From the NCBI GenBank assembly GCA_963695225.1, contig OY968762.1, positions 2,560,001 to 2,624,000 of the forward strand: a stretch of DNA of 64,000 nucleotides, written 5' to 3'. A model generated the notes under the pieces. It did not search any database and was not told the origin of the DNA. It was given only the letters and a program-made list of their open reading frames with translations. A program made the translations under genes and the position numbers. Below, one piece after another: positions 1-10,547 of this stretch. Each line of letters starts with the position of its first letter. The stretch's first letter is position 1. Origin of the DNA: Vulcanimicrobiota bacterium (GTDB lineage: Bacteria > Vulcanimicrobiota > Vulcanimicrobiia > Vulcanimicrobiales > Vulcanimicrobiaceae).

Positions 1-20
1 GTTTCGAAGAATACAAGTCG

Positions 21-374
21 ATGGCGAAGAAGATCGCGCCGCACGAAAACGCCGACCGGTTTGCGCTGCGCCTGCTGAACGTCGACCGGCGGGCGGTCCG
101 CGAAGAAGGGCTGCAGATCGACGTCTCGCGGCGCGGCGACGAGTTCGTCGCGCTCCTCACGAACGGGACGGGCCAGCCGATCGAGATCGCGACGGCGCCG
201 CGCCTACCGGAGGCGATCGCGGTCGCCGAGGAGCGCATCCAGAAAGGGGAGGTCGGCCCGCCGCGCAACGGCAAGCCGCGCCAGCCCGCGAACGGGACGG
301 CGCAGCGCCGCCGCTTTCGGCCGCGGCGGAAGCGCCGCGCTCAGAACGGCTCGGCCGTTCAGCCCGGCGGCTGA
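21..374 (+). CDS. Hypothetical protein with basic C-terminal tail
   Basis: 117-aa ORF with ATG start, convergent with msrA; no recognised motif. Confidence 0.5.
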   Translation: MAKKIAPHENADRFALRLLNVDRRAVREEGLQIDVSRRGDEFVALLTNGTGQPIEIATAPRLPEAIAVAEERIQKGEVGPPRNGKPRQPANGTAQRRRFRPRRKRRAQNGSAVQPGG

Positions 375-387
375 GGCTTTCGCGCGG

Positions 388-843
388 TCAATGCCCGCGC
401 TTTGAAACGTATTGCTGATGGTAGTCTTCGGCTCGCCAGAAGGTGGGAGCGGGGACGATCTCGGTGACGACCGGCGCGCTGTAGCGGCCGGACCGCTCGA
501 GTGCCGCCTTCGAGGCTTCGGCGGCCGCTTTCTGCTGCGCCGAATGGTAGAAGATCGCAGAGCGATACTGCGAGCCGACGTCGGGGCCTTGACGGTTCGG
601 CGTCGTCGGATCGTGCATCGCCCAGAACGCGTCGAGCAACTGCTCGTAGCTCACCCGTGAAGGATCGAACGTCACCTCGACGGCTTCGGCGTGGCCCGTC
701 CGGTCGCTGCAAACCTGCTGATACGTGGGGTTCGGCGTCGTCCCGCCGGTGTACCCGACCAGCGCGTCGACGACGCCGTCGATCGCGCGGAAGTCCTCCT
801 CGACCCCCCAGAAGCAGCCTGCGGCAAACGTGGCTCGTTCCAT
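388..843 (-). CDS. msrA: Peptide-methionine (S)-S-oxide reductase MsrA
   Basis: [15 protein letters not shown] (GCFWG active site), [21 protein letters not shown]; start trimmed to ATG at 843. Confidence 0.96.
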   Translation of the reverse strand: MERATFAAGCFWGVEEDFRAIDGVVDALVGYTGGTTPNPTYQQVCSDRTGHAEAVEVTFDPSRVSYEQLLDAFWAMHDPTTPNRQGPDVGSQYRSAIFYHSAQQKAAAEASKAALERSGRYSAPVVTEIVPAPTFWRAEDYHQQYVSKRGH

Positions 844-912
844 CCTTGCAGTTCCTTTCGTGGTTGCGAATCCGTCGGAGGCGGCTCGGGCGACGCGCCG
901 AATCGCGGAGGG

Positions 913-3591
913 GTGCGAGTCGTAGCCGCCGCCTTTCTCTCCGCCGCGTTCTTGCTTTGCGGCGGAACCTCGCTGGCAGCTAAGACCTCGCCCTCGCCGC
1001 AACCGGTTCCATTGCCGGCGCCCGCTCCGTCCCCGGCGGCGAGCAATTCGCCGGGCGCCGCGGCCTCGGCGAGTCCCCCCCTCGGCGCGCCTGCTCCCTC
1101 AACGCAGCCGTCCCCCGCGCAGTACTCGACGTTCGTCAAAGGCGTCGAACGGCAGAGCGGGTTGCTCGACGTATTGCGTAAGGACGACGACTACTACTTG
1201 GAGTTTTCCGGCGAGCAGCTCGATCGTCCGATCTTGATCTCGGCGGTCGTCGCCGCCGCGGGCGGCGGGAACGAAGCGTTCGCGGGCCGCTTCTTCAGCC
1301 CGCTCGTCGTGCAGTTCCATCGCGTCGGAAAGCGGATCTTCTGGATCAGCCCCAACCGCTATTTCACGTCGACGGGCGAACCTTCGACCGACGCGTCGCT
1401 TGCGATTTCGGTTTCCGATTCCGTCATCGCATCGTTCCCGATCGTCGCGGAAGACGAGGCGAAGAAACGGATCGTCATCTCGGCGAGCTACTTCTTGACC
1501 GACGGGTTCGGCGTCGCGCAGGGGATCGGGCGCCCGCAACCCGGGCTCTTCGGGCTGACGGTCCGGCCGCCGTTCGCGCTGGACGCTACCCGCTCGTATA
1601 TCGAGCGGACGAAAGCGCTGCCGAAGAACGTGGAGATCCTCGCGGATCTCGCCTTCACGGGGCCGGCGGGAAGCGTTCCGGCCGTCCCGGACGGGCGCAA
1701 CGTGCGCGTCAAGATGCACTATTCGATCGTCGACCTCCCGTCGGCCGGAGCGTACGTTCCGCGCCTGGCCGACGACCGCGTCGGCTACTTCATGAGCGCG
1801 GTGAAGCGTTTCGGCGACGACACGCTGCCGACGCCGTTCGTACGCTACGTCAACCGCTGGGATTTGAGCAACGGGCCCATCGTGTTCTATTTGACGAAAG
1901 AGATCCCGCCGGAATACCGCCTCGCGGTACGGGCGGGAATCCAGCAGTGGAACGCGGCGTTCGCGAAGCTCGGAATCGAGAACGCGATCGAAGTGCGCGA
2001 CCCGCCGAACGATCCGGATTGGGATCCCGACGACGTCCGCTATTCGACCGTGCGCTGGCTCTCGAGCGATCAGCCGCTGTTCGGCGGGTACACGCCCACG
2101 ATCGTCAATCCGTTCACCGGGCAGATCCTGCGCGCGGAGATCGTGCTCGAGGGCGAGGCGCTGCGTTCGATCAAGCGCGGCTACGTCGAGAACGTCGTTC
2201 CGACGCGCGGAATCCGAAACCTGGAGGGATGCGAGGAGAGCGATTGCGAGTACCAAGAGCAGTCGGCCGAGCTCGCCGCGCTCGGCACGCTCTCGCTGCG
2301 AGCAGCCGGTGCCTCGACGACGCAGACGCGGGATTACGCCCAGGCGTGGCTGCGCTCGATCGTGCTGCACGAAACCGGGCACGCGCTGGGGTTGCGCCAC
2401 AACTTTGCGGCATCGACGATCTACCCGCTCCCCCGCTTGACGGACCGCAAGTTCACGACCGCGCACGGGCTCGTGGGCTCGGTGATGGACTATACGCCGG
2501 TCAACCTCTCGCCGCGCGGCGAGCCGCAAGCGGATTACTTTCAACTGCAGCTCGGCCCTTACGACTACTGGGCGATCCTCTACGGGTACGTCAGGTTCGG
2601 CAACGTCGTGAAACCCGAAGACGAGGCCGGCCGCTTGCGCGCGATCGCGGCGGAGAGCACGCGCCCGGAGTACGCGTACAGTACGGATGAAGATGCCTAC
2701 GGGCCGTACGCGCTCGATCCGAACGTCGCCCTGTTCGATCTCTCGTCGGACCCGCTCGCGTGGGACGAACGTCAGTACCGGGTCGCCGGCAGCATCGTCC
2801 GGGATCTCGACCGGGTCTATCCGCGCGACGACCGGCCGTTCTACGAGGAGCGGCGCGCGTTCCTCACCTCGATGGGGAGTTTCGAGCGGACGAGTTCGTT
2901 GATCGTCAAGTACTTGGGCGGGAGCTACACCTCGCGCTCTCACCGCGGGCAGCGCGGCGGCGCGGATCCCGTCCGCCCCATTCCGCGCGCCACTCAGAAG
3001 CGCGCGTTCGATCTCTTGGCCGCTCGCGTGTTCTCGAACGACGCGTTCAGCTTCTCCCCGCAACTGATCCGCCGGCTGGGCGCCGACCGCTACTCCCATT
3101 GGAACTCGAGCGGCGGGATGGGCCGCCAGGATTTCCCGCTCGGCGAGTTCGTCGCGCAGATGCAAGACGGCGTCCTGGAAGAGATCTTCGGCCCGCTGAC
3201 GCTCGCGCGCATCGCCGATCAGGAGACGCTCGGGCGCGGCGGCGCCGATACGATGAAGCTCGGCGATCTCTTCGATTGGACGAACGGCGCGATCTACGCC
3301 GAGATCGAGAACCCGGGGCTGCGCTCGATCGCCCCGCTCCGGCGAGGGCTCCAGCGCCGCTATGCGGACCTCCTGATCGCGTACGTCCTCGCTCCGAGTT
3401 CGGTGCTCGACCGGATCGGTTACCCGAGCGACACGGCCGCGCTCGCGCGCTACGCGTTGCAGCGCTTGGAGCCGCAGGTTGCCGAGCGCCTAGGCTCGCC
3501 GCGCCTCGACGGCGCGACTCGCGCCCACCTCGAGGACTTGCGCCACCGCGTCGAAAGCGCGCTGACGGCCCGCTCGATCCAGTCGTCCTGA
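913..3591 (+). CDS. Secreted zinc-dependent metalloprotease (metzincin; DUF5117/DUF4953-like architecture)
   Basis: [11 protein letters not shown] zinc motif, SVMDY Met-turn, [11 protein letters not shown] motif, N-terminal signal peptide and Pro-rich linker; start approximate. Confidence 0.85.
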   Translation: MRVVAAAFLSAAFLLCGGTSLAAKTSPSPQPVPLPAPAPSPAASNSPGAAASASPPLGAPAPSTQPSPAQYSTFVKGVERQSGLLDVLRKDDDYYLEFSGEQLDRPILISAVVAAAGGGNEAFAGRFFSPLVVQFHRVGKRIFWISPNRYFTSTGEPSTDASLAISVSDSVIASFPIVAEDEAKKRIVISASYFLTDGFGVAQGIGRPQPGLFGLTVRPPFALDATRSYIERTKALPKNVEILADLAFTGPAGSVPAVPDGRNVRVKMHYSIVDLPSAGAYVPRLADDRVGYFMSAVKRFGDDTLPTPFVRYVNRWDLSNGPIVFYLTKEIPPEYRLAVRAGIQQWNAAFAKLGIENAIEVRDPPNDPDWDPDDVRYSTVRWLSSDQPLFGGYTPTIVNPFTGQILRAEIVLEGEALRSIKRGYVENVVPTRGIRNLEGCEESDCEYQEQSAELAALGTLSLRAAGASTTQTRDYAQAWLRSIVLHETGHALGLRHNFAASTIYPLPRLTDRKFTTAHGLVGSVMDYTPVNLSPRGEPQADYFQLQLGPYDYWAILYGYVRFGNVVKPEDEAGRLRAIAAESTRPEYAYSTDEDAYGPYALDPNVALFDLSSDPLAWDERQYRVAGSIVRDLDRVYPRDDRPFYEERRAFLTSMGSFERTSSLIVKYLGGSYTSRSHRGQRGGADPVRPIPRATQKRAFDLLAARVFSNDAFSFSPQLIRRLGADRYSHWNSSGGMGRQDFPLGEFVAQMQDGVLEEIFGPLTLARIADQETLGRGGADTMKLGDLFDWTNGAIYAEIENPGLRSIAPLRRGLQRRYADLLIAYVLAPSSVLDRIGYPSDTAALARYALQRLEPQVAERLGSPRLDGATRAHLEDLRHRVESALTARSIQSS

Positions 3592-3607
3592 ACGGCGGCC
3601 CTAGCCC

Positions 3608-3850
3608 GCGTCCGGGCCGGGGCGGGGCTTCTCCGCGGGGACGCCCGCGATTTCGCATCCATGCGAAATCGCTACTCGTGCACGTATTCCCACGCTGCTG
3701 CGCAGCGCGGGGACCCATTGGTTTGAACAGGCGCTCCGCCTACGGCTCCGCGCCCCCCACACGCAAAGCGCGTGGGGACCCCCGCCCGCCATCGTGGCTC
3801 CGCGGGCAAGCTGCACGCCCCGCGGAGAAACCCCGCCCCGACCCGGACGC
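3608..3850. repeat. MITE/REP-like element (family A) with a nested family B repeat
   Basis: Imperfect terminal inverted repeats gcgtccgggccggggcgggg...ccccgccccgacccggacgc and internal hairpin gcgatttcgcatccatgcgaaatcgc; ~100-nt insert resembles 45880-45940. Confidence 0.8.
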
Positions 3851-3986
3851 TACCTGCATCCCACAGTCATACTGCCTTTGCGGCCTTTGTCGGTAAGCGG
3901 GCTGACGGACGTCGCGCCGAAGGGGGGCTAGTATTGGCGGCATGCTCGACGTGAAGTGGGTCGCCGCGCCGGATGAGGGCGGCAGG

Positions 3987-4664
3987 ATGGAAAACAAGGT
4001 TTGGTACCTGCAACGGAGCCGCTTGTTTGCCGAAGTCCCCGAAGCCTCGGTCGTCAGCTCCGAGCATCTCTTCGTCACCTGCCTGTTCCCGAAGCGCTCG
4101 CTCGTGTTCGATCAGGGCGATTCCGGCCGAGTCGTCTATCTGATCAAGCGCGGTAAGGTTCGCCTCTCGCGGCTGACGCCCGACGGCAAGGAAGTGACGA
4201 TCGCGATCCTGGGCGAGGGCGACTTTTTCGGCGAGGAGACGCTCTTCGAAACGGGGGCGCGCACGACGGTCGCGCAGTGCTTGGAGGAATCGCTCCTCTG
4301 CTGGGCGCGCGCGGACGACCTTTTCGCGCTGCTCTCCGCCGACCCGACGCTCGCGCTCAACGTGGCGAAGATGCTTTCGACGCGCCTCGGCGATGCTTCC
4401 GCGACGATGGAAGATCTCGCGTACGCGAAGGTCACCGACCGGCTCATGCATCTGTTCGCGCGCCTCGCCGTCGAGCACGGCGTGCCCGATGCGGGCGACG
4501 CCGTCAAGCTCGACGTGCGCCTGACGCATGCGGAGATCGCATCGCTGATCGGGAGCACGCGCGAGACGGTCTCGCTCGAGCTTTCGAACTTGGCGCGCGC
4601 CGGGCGCATCGTGCTGCGCGACGGCGCGATCGTGGTTCCGCGGGCGGAGCTCGAGGCGCTGTGA
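3987..4664 (+). CDS. Crp/Fnr-family transcriptional regulator
   Basis: cNMP-binding fold (GDFFGE) and HTH LTHAEIASLIGSTRETVS. Confidence 0.92.
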   Translation: MENKVWYLQRSRLFAEVPEASVVSSEHLFVTCLFPKRSLVFDQGDSGRVVYLIKRGKVRLSRLTPDGKEVTIAILGEGDFFGEETLFETGARTTVAQCLEESLLCWARADDLFALLSADPTLALNVAKMLSTRLGDASATMEDLAYAKVTDRLMHLFARLAVEHGVPDAGDAVKLDVRLTHAEIASLIGSTRETVSLELSNLARAGRIVLRDGAIVVPRAELEAL

Positions 4665-5179
4665 CGCGCCGCGCGCTGCTCGCCGCCGCAGCCGTGCCGG
4701 CCGTCGCGCCGTTCTTGTTCGCGCTCGGCGCGCGAGCCGGAACCGGCTCCGAGACGCTCGCGCCGCTGCTCGATGCACCCCACTGGCTCGGCTCGCGGCC
4801 CGGCGCGGCGTCGCTGCGCGGGAAGGTCGTGCTCGTCGACGTGTTCACGTTCGGCTGCATCAACTGCAAGCACGTGATCCCCTCGCTGCGGGCGTTGCAA
4901 GCGCGCGCCGAACCGGATCTCGTCGTGCTCGGCGTGCACACGCCGGAGACCGGTTACGAGCGCGACGCGGCGCACGTGAAGGCGGCGTTCGCCGCGCAAG
5001 GCGTCGTCTGGCCCGTCGCGATCGACAACGACGAGACGCTCTGGAATGCCTATGCGATCACCGCGTGGCCGACGCAACTCATCTTCGACCGCAAGGGCAG
5101 GCTGCGCTCTACGGTGATCGGCGAAGGCAACGCCGCCGCCGTCGCCGCGACGATCGCCGAGCTTCTCGCCGAACGCTGA
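4661..5179 (+). CDS. Thioredoxin-like redoxin (DipZ/TlpA-like)
   Basis: VVLVDVFTFGCINCKH (CxxC), GVHTPE, AWPT; GTGA overlap with upstream stop. Confidence 0.85.
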   Translation: MTRRALLAAAAVPAVAPFLFALGARAGTGSETLAPLLDAPHWLGSRPGAASLRGKVVLVDVFTFGCINCKHVIPSLRALQARAEPDLVVLGVHTPETGYERDAAHVKAAFAAQGVVWPVAIDNDETLWNAYAITAWPTQLIFDRKGRLRSTVIGEGNAAAVAATIAELLAER

Positions 5180-5272
5180 AACGGGGTGCGGCCGCCAAGG
5201 GCCGCCTTCGCGCTCGAACGAACCGATGAGGCACACGACGGCTTTGCGCGCCGCGGTTCGAAAGGATGGGCA

Positions 5273-6463
5273 ATGCGTTCGTTACGCCGCATCGGATTCG
5301 CGCGGATCTTCCTCTTTGCCGCGCTCGCCTGCGTAACGCCGCTCCGCGCATTCGCCGCGAGCGACGCGTTCTACGCGCCGCCGAAGGACGTCACGCGCTT
5401 CGCACCGGGCGAGATCATTCGCTCGGAGCCGGTCTCGCCGGCCCCGCCCCACGCGCGCGCGTGGAAGCTCCTCTACGCATCTACGGGACTGCAAGGGGAA
5501 CGCATCGCGGTCTCGGGCATCGTCATCGTCCCGCTCGGGAGTCCCCCGAGCGGCGGCCGTCCGATCGTCGCCTGGGCGCATCCGACCACGGGGATCGCGC
5601 AGGGCTGCGCGCCGTCGCTGCGCGGAACGAAGATGTACGCGACGATCCCGGGCCTGGACGATCTGATCTCGCGCGGGTACGTCGTCGCGGCGACGGACTA
5701 CGCCGGCCTCGGGACGCCGGGGCCGCATCCGTATCTGATCGGTTCGAGCGAAGGGTACGCCGTGCTCGATGCCGTGCGCGCCGCGCGGAAGTGGACGAGC
5801 GAGGCGGGAGCGCAATTCGTCGCTTGGGGGCACTCGCAGGGCGGGCAAGCCGCATTGTTCGCGGGTCAGCTCGCGCCGAAATACGCGCCCGAACTCACGC
5901 TCGCGGGGGTCGCGGCGATCTCGCCGCCGACCGACCTCCCCGATCTGCTCCGTCATTTCGCGGGGGAGAGCATCGGGCGCGCGGTCGCGTCGTACGCGCT
6001 GGACGCGTGGTCGCAAGTCTACGAGCTATCGCTCGACGGCGTCGTGAAGGCTTCGGCGATCGGATCGGTTCGCGCCGTAGGCCGGCTCTGCGCGGAGACG
6101 ACGTTGCAAAGCTACGTCATCGCGCTCAACGCATTGCCGCTGCGCGGCGAGTTCCTCGAACCCTCCCTCTATACTGCCTCGCCGTGGGACGGGCTGCTCG
6201 CCGCGAATCGGCCTGCGCTCGCCCCGGACGGCGCGCCGCTCTTCATCGCGCAGGGGACGGCCGACCGCCTCGTCCTCCCCAGCGTGACGCTCGCTTTCGC
6301 CCGCGCGGAGTGCAAGAACGGGGCGAAGGTTCACTACGAGCCGCTTGCCGGCGTGGCGCACGATCAAGCGGGCGTGCAGAGCGCATCCGATGCGATCGCC
6401 TGGATGGCGGCCCGCTTTGCGGGGAAGCCTGCCGAGGATAGCTGTCCGCTCGACGCGCCGTGA
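5273..6463 (+). CDS. Secretory lipase family alpha/beta hydrolase
   Basis: WAHPTTG, ATDYAGLG, GHSQGG nucleophile elbow, signal peptide. Confidence 0.85.
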   Translation: MRSLRRIGFARIFLFAALACVTPLRAFAASDAFYAPPKDVTRFAPGEIIRSEPVSPAPPHARAWKLLYASTGLQGERIAVSGIVIVPLGSPPSGGRPIVAWAHPTTGIAQGCAPSLRGTKMYATIPGLDDLISRGYVVAATDYAGLGTPGPHPYLIGSSEGYAVLDAVRAARKWTSEAGAQFVAWGHSQGGQAALFAGQLAPKYAPELTLAGVAAISPPTDLPDLLRHFAGESIGRAVASYALDAWSQVYELSLDGVVKASAIGSVRAVGRLCAETTLQSYVIALNALPLRGEFLEPSLYTASPWDGLLAANRPALAPDGAPLFIAQGTADRLVLPSVTLAFARAECKNGAKVHYEPLAGVAHDQAGVQSASDAIAWMAARFAGKPAEDSCPLDAP

Positions 6464-6536
6464 TCTTGGGCGGAGCCGTCCCCGCCGGGATGAATCCGGT
6501 GCGGCGGCGGTCAAAAGGGGTGGTCCCCGCACGCCG

Positions 6537-7748
6537 TTGAGAAGGAAGCCGCCGATTTTCGCCCGCGCGCTCACAACCGAAGCCGGCGTCACGCCTGCCG
6601 AACGTCTCGCTCCGTATCTGTCGGCCGGGTTGCTCGATGCCGCAGTAGATGCAGCGAGCGTCCCGATCCTCGTCCTCGATGCGCCGCCTCCGCACGCGGC
6701 CGAACTCGTCGGCCCGCTCCTCGGCGCGGGGGCGTTCGTCCATCTCGATGCGGAACGCCTGATCGCGATCGGTCCGCGCAGCGCCTTCGAGCGCGCCGCG
6801 CCGGGGCTCGACGATCCGGCACGCGCGGTCCTCGCCGAACTCGTGCGCGCCTTCGATGCAACGGCGCTGCGCTGCACGAGCCTGCGCGCTCGCGCGTACG
6901 AACTCGATTTCAGGTTCGGCGCGAAGGTGATGGGGATCCTCAACGTCACGCCCGATTCGTTCTTCGATCGCGGCCGTTACAGCGAGGTCGACAGCGCGCG
7001 CGCGCGCGCCGCGGAGATGGTCGAGGCCGGCGCCGCGACGATCGATATCGGCGGGCAATCGTACGCGCATTGGAATCCGCGCGTCGCGGCGGAAGAAGAG
7101 CGCGCGCGCGTCGTCCCGGTCGTCGAAGCGCTCCTGCGCGACGGGCTCGGCGTCCCGCTCTCGATCGATACGTTCAAATCAGAGGTCGCCGAAGCCGCGC
7201 TCGCCGCCGGCGCGGACATCATCAACGATTGCAGCGGCCTCTCCGATCCGAAGCTCGCCGACGTCGTCGCGCGCCACGGCGCGGCGCTCGTCGTGATGCA
7301 TCTCAAGGGCGAGCTCAACGTGCGCGCGGCGGAGTATCCCTACGAGGATCCGATGCGCGAGATCGTCACGTACTTGCGCGAGCGCATCGAGCGCGCGCTC
7401 GAGGCGGGGATCGCGCGCGAAAGCCTCGTCGTCGATCCGGGGCTCGAGTTCGGCAAAGAGCCCGCGGTCGATTGCGAGATCCTCGACCGGTTCGCCGATT
7501 TGCGCAGCCTCGGGCTCCCGATCCTGTTCGCCGCGAGCCGCAAGAGCTTCATCGGCCGCATCTTCCACAAGCCCGCGCGCGAGCTGCTCGTCCCCTCGCT
7601 TGCAACCGCGGCGCTCGGCGTGATCGCGGGCGCGAATCTCGTTCGCGTCCACGACGTCGCCGAGACGGTCGCGCTCTGCCGCATGATCGGCGCGGTGCGC
7701 CCAACCGCGCGCGAAGCGCTCGATCTGCTATCCGCGATGCCGAAGTAG
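6537..7748 (+). CDS. folP: Dihydropteroate synthase with N-terminal extension
   Basis: MGILNVTPDSF, IDIGG, SIDT, DPGLEFGK, SRKSFIG, VRVHDV; start uncertain. Confidence 0.9.
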   Translation: MRRKPPIFARALTTEAGVTPAERLAPYLSAGLLDAAVDAASVPILVLDAPPPHAAELVGPLLGAGAFVHLDAERLIAIGPRSAFERAAPGLDDPARAVLAELVRAFDATALRCTSLRARAYELDFRFGAKVMGILNVTPDSFFDRGRYSEVDSARARAAEMVEAGAATIDIGGQSYAHWNPRVAAEEERARVVPVVEALLRDGLGVPLSIDTFKSEVAEAALAAGADIINDCSGLSDPKLADVVARHGAALVVMHLKGELNVRAAEYPYEDPMREIVTYLRERIERALEAGIARESLVVDPGLEFGKEPAVDCEILDRFADLRSLGLPILFAASRKSFIGRIFHKPARELLVPSLATAALGVIAGANLVRVHDVAETVALCRMIGAVRPTAREALDLLSAMPK

Positions 7749-7810
7749 GGGCTACCCGGGGTGCGGCCGGTGCGCGGCGTGGACGCCGGGAAGCCGCAAG
7801 ACGGCTTCGG

Positions 7811-8206
7811 CTATCGGGCCTTGGATCCGTTCAGGGCTGCAGCGGCGCGGATGAGCGTCTTGAAGGCATCCTCATCGATCTCGTCACCCTCGTGGAGATC
7901 GATCGCGCGCCGCACGTTGCCGTCGAGGCTTGCGTTGAAGAGTCCCGACGGGTCCTCGAGCGAAGCGCCTTTTGCGAACGTCAGCTTCACGACGCTCTTG
8001 TAGCTCTCGCCGGTGCAGATGATGCCGGCATGAGACCAAACCGGAACGCCTCTCCACTTCCACTCTTCGACCACCTCCGGGTCAGCCTGTTTGATGAGGG
8101 CGCGGACATGGGAAAGCGTCGTGCCCCGCCAGTCGCCCAGCTCCTCAATCCGCGCGTCGATCAGACGAGAAGGGGATTCGCCTTTCCCCGTTGCGCTCTG
8201 TTTCAT
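7811..8206 (-). CDS. DUF1801 (YdhG-like) domain protein
   Basis: DWRGTTL...EEWKWRGVPVW...FAKGASLEDP..LFNASLDGNVRRAID pattern. Confidence 0.8.
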   Translation of the reverse strand: MKQSATGKGESPSRLIDARIEELGDWRGTTLSHVRALIKQADPEVVEEWKWRGVPVWSHAGIICTGESYKSVVKLTFAKGASLEDPSGLFNASLDGNVRRAIDLHEGDEIDEDAFKTLIRAAAALNGSKAR

Positions 8207-8313
8207 CGTGCTTGTACCTCACTCGGCTATTGAGATCCGCGTTCAGATGTGCGGATCTCCGGCACAAAGCGCCGGAGATCCGCCGGAGGATATCGGCTAG
8301 GCGCGACTCCGGC

Positions 8314-8616
8314 CTAGGACGCCGCCTTGCGCGGCTTCACAACGCGGTCGATGGTCTTCCCGCTGGCCTCGCGCGCGAGTTCGAGATCGTAACGCGTCTG
8401 GAGGTTCATCCAAAACTGCGGCGTCGTGTCGAAATAGCGCCCCAGCCGCAGCGCCGTATCTGCCGAGATTGCCCGCCGTCCATTCACGATCTCGAGGATG
8501 CGCGACGCCGGAATCCCAAGCTCCGCGGCCAGGCGGTTGGCGGAAAGCCCGATGGGCGCCATAGCCTCTTCGCGCAGGACTTCTCCGGGATGGACGGGCG
8601 GTAAGCTCTTGGGCAT
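8314..8616 (-). CDS. higA: HigA-family antitoxin
   Basis: PVHPGEVLREE, ISADTALRL, FWMNLQ motifs. Confidence 0.92.
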   Translation of the reverse strand: MPKSLPPVHPGEVLREEAMAPIGLSANRLAAELGIPASRILEIVNGRRAISADTALRLGRYFDTTPQFWMNLQTRYDLELAREASGKTIDRVVKPRKAAS

Positions 8617-8628
8617 GGTGATGGCTCC

Positions 8629-8904
8629 TTAGTGATAGTCTTCGATAGTGACGCGCTCGGCGTGGTTTTCGACCCATTCGAAGACGATGCGCCACTGGTC
8701 GTTGATGCGGATGGAGTAGGTCCCGGCGCGATCGCCTTTGAGTAACTCGAGCCGTAAGCCGGGGAGCCGCAGGTCGGACAGCGCCGTAGCGGCATCGAGT
8801 GCGACGAGCTTCCGTTGCGCCATACGTTCGAAAGATGCAAATCGGCGGACGCGCTCACCCTGCGCCAGCCGCTCCGTATCCTTGTCGCCGTAGCTGTGGA
8901 TCAC
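8629..8904 (-). CDS. higB: HigB-family (RelE/ParE-like) toxin
   Basis: LELLKGDRAGTYSIRINDQWRIVFEW...IEDYH; toxin upstream of antitoxin; GTG start at 8904. Confidence 0.9.
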   Translation of the reverse strand: MIHSYGDKDTERLAQGERVRRFASFERMAQRKLVALDAATALSDLRLPGLRLELLKGDRAGTYSIRINDQWRIVFEWVENHAERVTIEDYH

Positions 8905-9049
8905 GCGTGCATGGTAACACGCGGCGCGTATATACGGCAAACAGTCAAGAGAAGGTCCGGCCCCGAGCACCGGCAGCGGGCCGGACGGCCTGCGGACCGG
9001 TCCCCACCGGCGGAAACTCGAATCCGCTTGGGCGGGTCTAAGCCGCCGT

Positions 9050-10528
9050 ATGCGTACGTTCTATCTCGGCATCGGCTCGAATCTAGGGGAGCGCCAAGGG
9101 AATATTTTGCAGGCGCTCCAGAAGCTGCGTCCGGCCTGCGAGATCGTCGCAGTTTCTTCGTACTACGAGACGCCCCCCGTGGGGAACGTCGCGGGGCCGA
9201 GCTTCCTCAACGTCGCGGCGAAGGTCCGGACCGATCACGCGCCGACCTCCTTCGAGCGGGTCCTGCGGGAAGCCGAGACGGCGGTCGGCAGGCAGCGCTT
9301 CGCCCACCTCGAGGCGCGGCCGATCGATATCGACATTCTCCTGATCGACGATCTCGTGCACGATTTCGGACGCTTCGAAGTCCCCCACCCGTACCTCTCG
9401 GAGCGCCCGTTCAACCTCGTCCCGCTCGCGGAGATCGCGGGGGATCTCATCGAGCCGCGCTCCGGTAAGACGATCCGCGAGCTGGCCGCTGCGCTCGACA
9501 CGAGCGCGATCGCGAAGAAGGCGCGCTCGCTCCATTTCTTCGCGAACCGGCAAGAGGAAGCGCCCGACGTGCGCCTGGGGATCACGCGCGCCGGCGTATC
9601 CGGCGTCAAGCGGATGGTGCGCCTCGATATCGACGGCCGTGAGACCGTCTTCAACGGCGTCTTCTCGATGGTCGCCGATCTCGCGCCGGACAAAGCCGGC
9701 GTTCACATGTCGCGCTTCTCCGAACTGCTCGAAGAGGCGACGCTCGATGTCCTCTCCCGCAACGAAAAGCCGGGGCGCATCGAAGACGTCGTCGGTCAGA
9801 TCGCACGCGAGATCGTCGATTCGCAGAAGGCGCTCCGCGCCGACGTACGGCTGCGCGCCGAGTTCGGGCTCGAGCGCTGGACGCCGGTCAGCGGGAAGCG
9901 CGGCGAGGAGACCTACACGCTGACCGGGATCGCCCACGCCGACCACGAGGGGATGCGTCGCGTCATCGGCGTCGAGGCCGAAGGGATGACGGCCTGCCCC
10001 TGCGCGCAGTTGATGGTCCGCGAACATTCGATTCACGAGCTGATGGAAGCCGGCTTCAGCGAGAGCGACGCCGTTCGCGCGATCGACGCGCTCCCGATGG
10101 CGACGCACAATCAGCGCGGCCGCGGCTGTGTCCTGATCGGCGTCACCGACGGACGCGATCGCGAGATTCGCGCCGAAGATCTCGTGGAGATCGTCGAGAA
10201 CTCGATGTCGAGCGAGACGTACGATCTGCTCAAGCGCCCGGACGAATTCTTCATCGTCAACAAGGCGCATCACAATCCGAAGTTCGTCGAAGACGTGGTG
10301 CGCGGCATCCTCGCCCGCTCGCTCGACGTCTACGCTGATTTCGGCGACGATACGTTCATCTTCGCCTCGCAAGTGAACTACGAATCGATCCACAAGCACG
10401 ATGCGTTCGCGGAAACGTACGGCACGTTCGGCGAGCTCCGCTCGGAACTCGGCTCCGGAGCCTACGTTTCGGTGAAGACCGATCTCGCGACGTGGCTGGG
10501 GACGCGCCCCTCCCCGATCGTCGTCTAA
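9050..10528 (+). CDS. folK-folE2: Fused HPPK (FolK) + GTP cyclohydrolase IB (FolE2/MptA)
   Basis: N-term YLGIGSNLG...RPIDIDIL...PHP; C-term GVHMSRF, TACPC, THNQRG, NPKFVED, ESIHKHDA. Confidence 0.9.
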   Translation: MRTFYLGIGSNLGERQGNILQALQKLRPACEIVAVSSYYETPPVGNVAGPSFLNVAAKVRTDHAPTSFERVLREAETAVGRQRFAHLEARPIDIDILLIDDLVHDFGRFEVPHPYLSERPFNLVPLAEIAGDLIEPRSGKTIRELAAALDTSAIAKKARSLHFFANRQEEAPDVRLGITRAGVSGVKRMVRLDIDGRETVFNGVFSMVADLAPDKAGVHMSRFSELLEEATLDVLSRNEKPGRIEDVVGQIAREIVDSQKALRADVRLRAEFGLERWTPVSGKRGEETYTLTGIAHADHEGMRRVIGVEAEGMTACPCAQLMVREHSIHELMEAGFSESDAVRAIDALPMATHNQRGRGCVLIGVTDGRDREIRAEDLVEIVENSMSSETYDLLKRPDEFFIVNKAHHNPKFVEDVVRGILARSLDVYADFGDDTFIFASQVNYESIHKHDAFAETYGTFGELRSELGSGAYVSVKTDLATWLGTRPSPIVV

Positions 10529-10547
10529 GGCTCCGCTGCAATACGCC

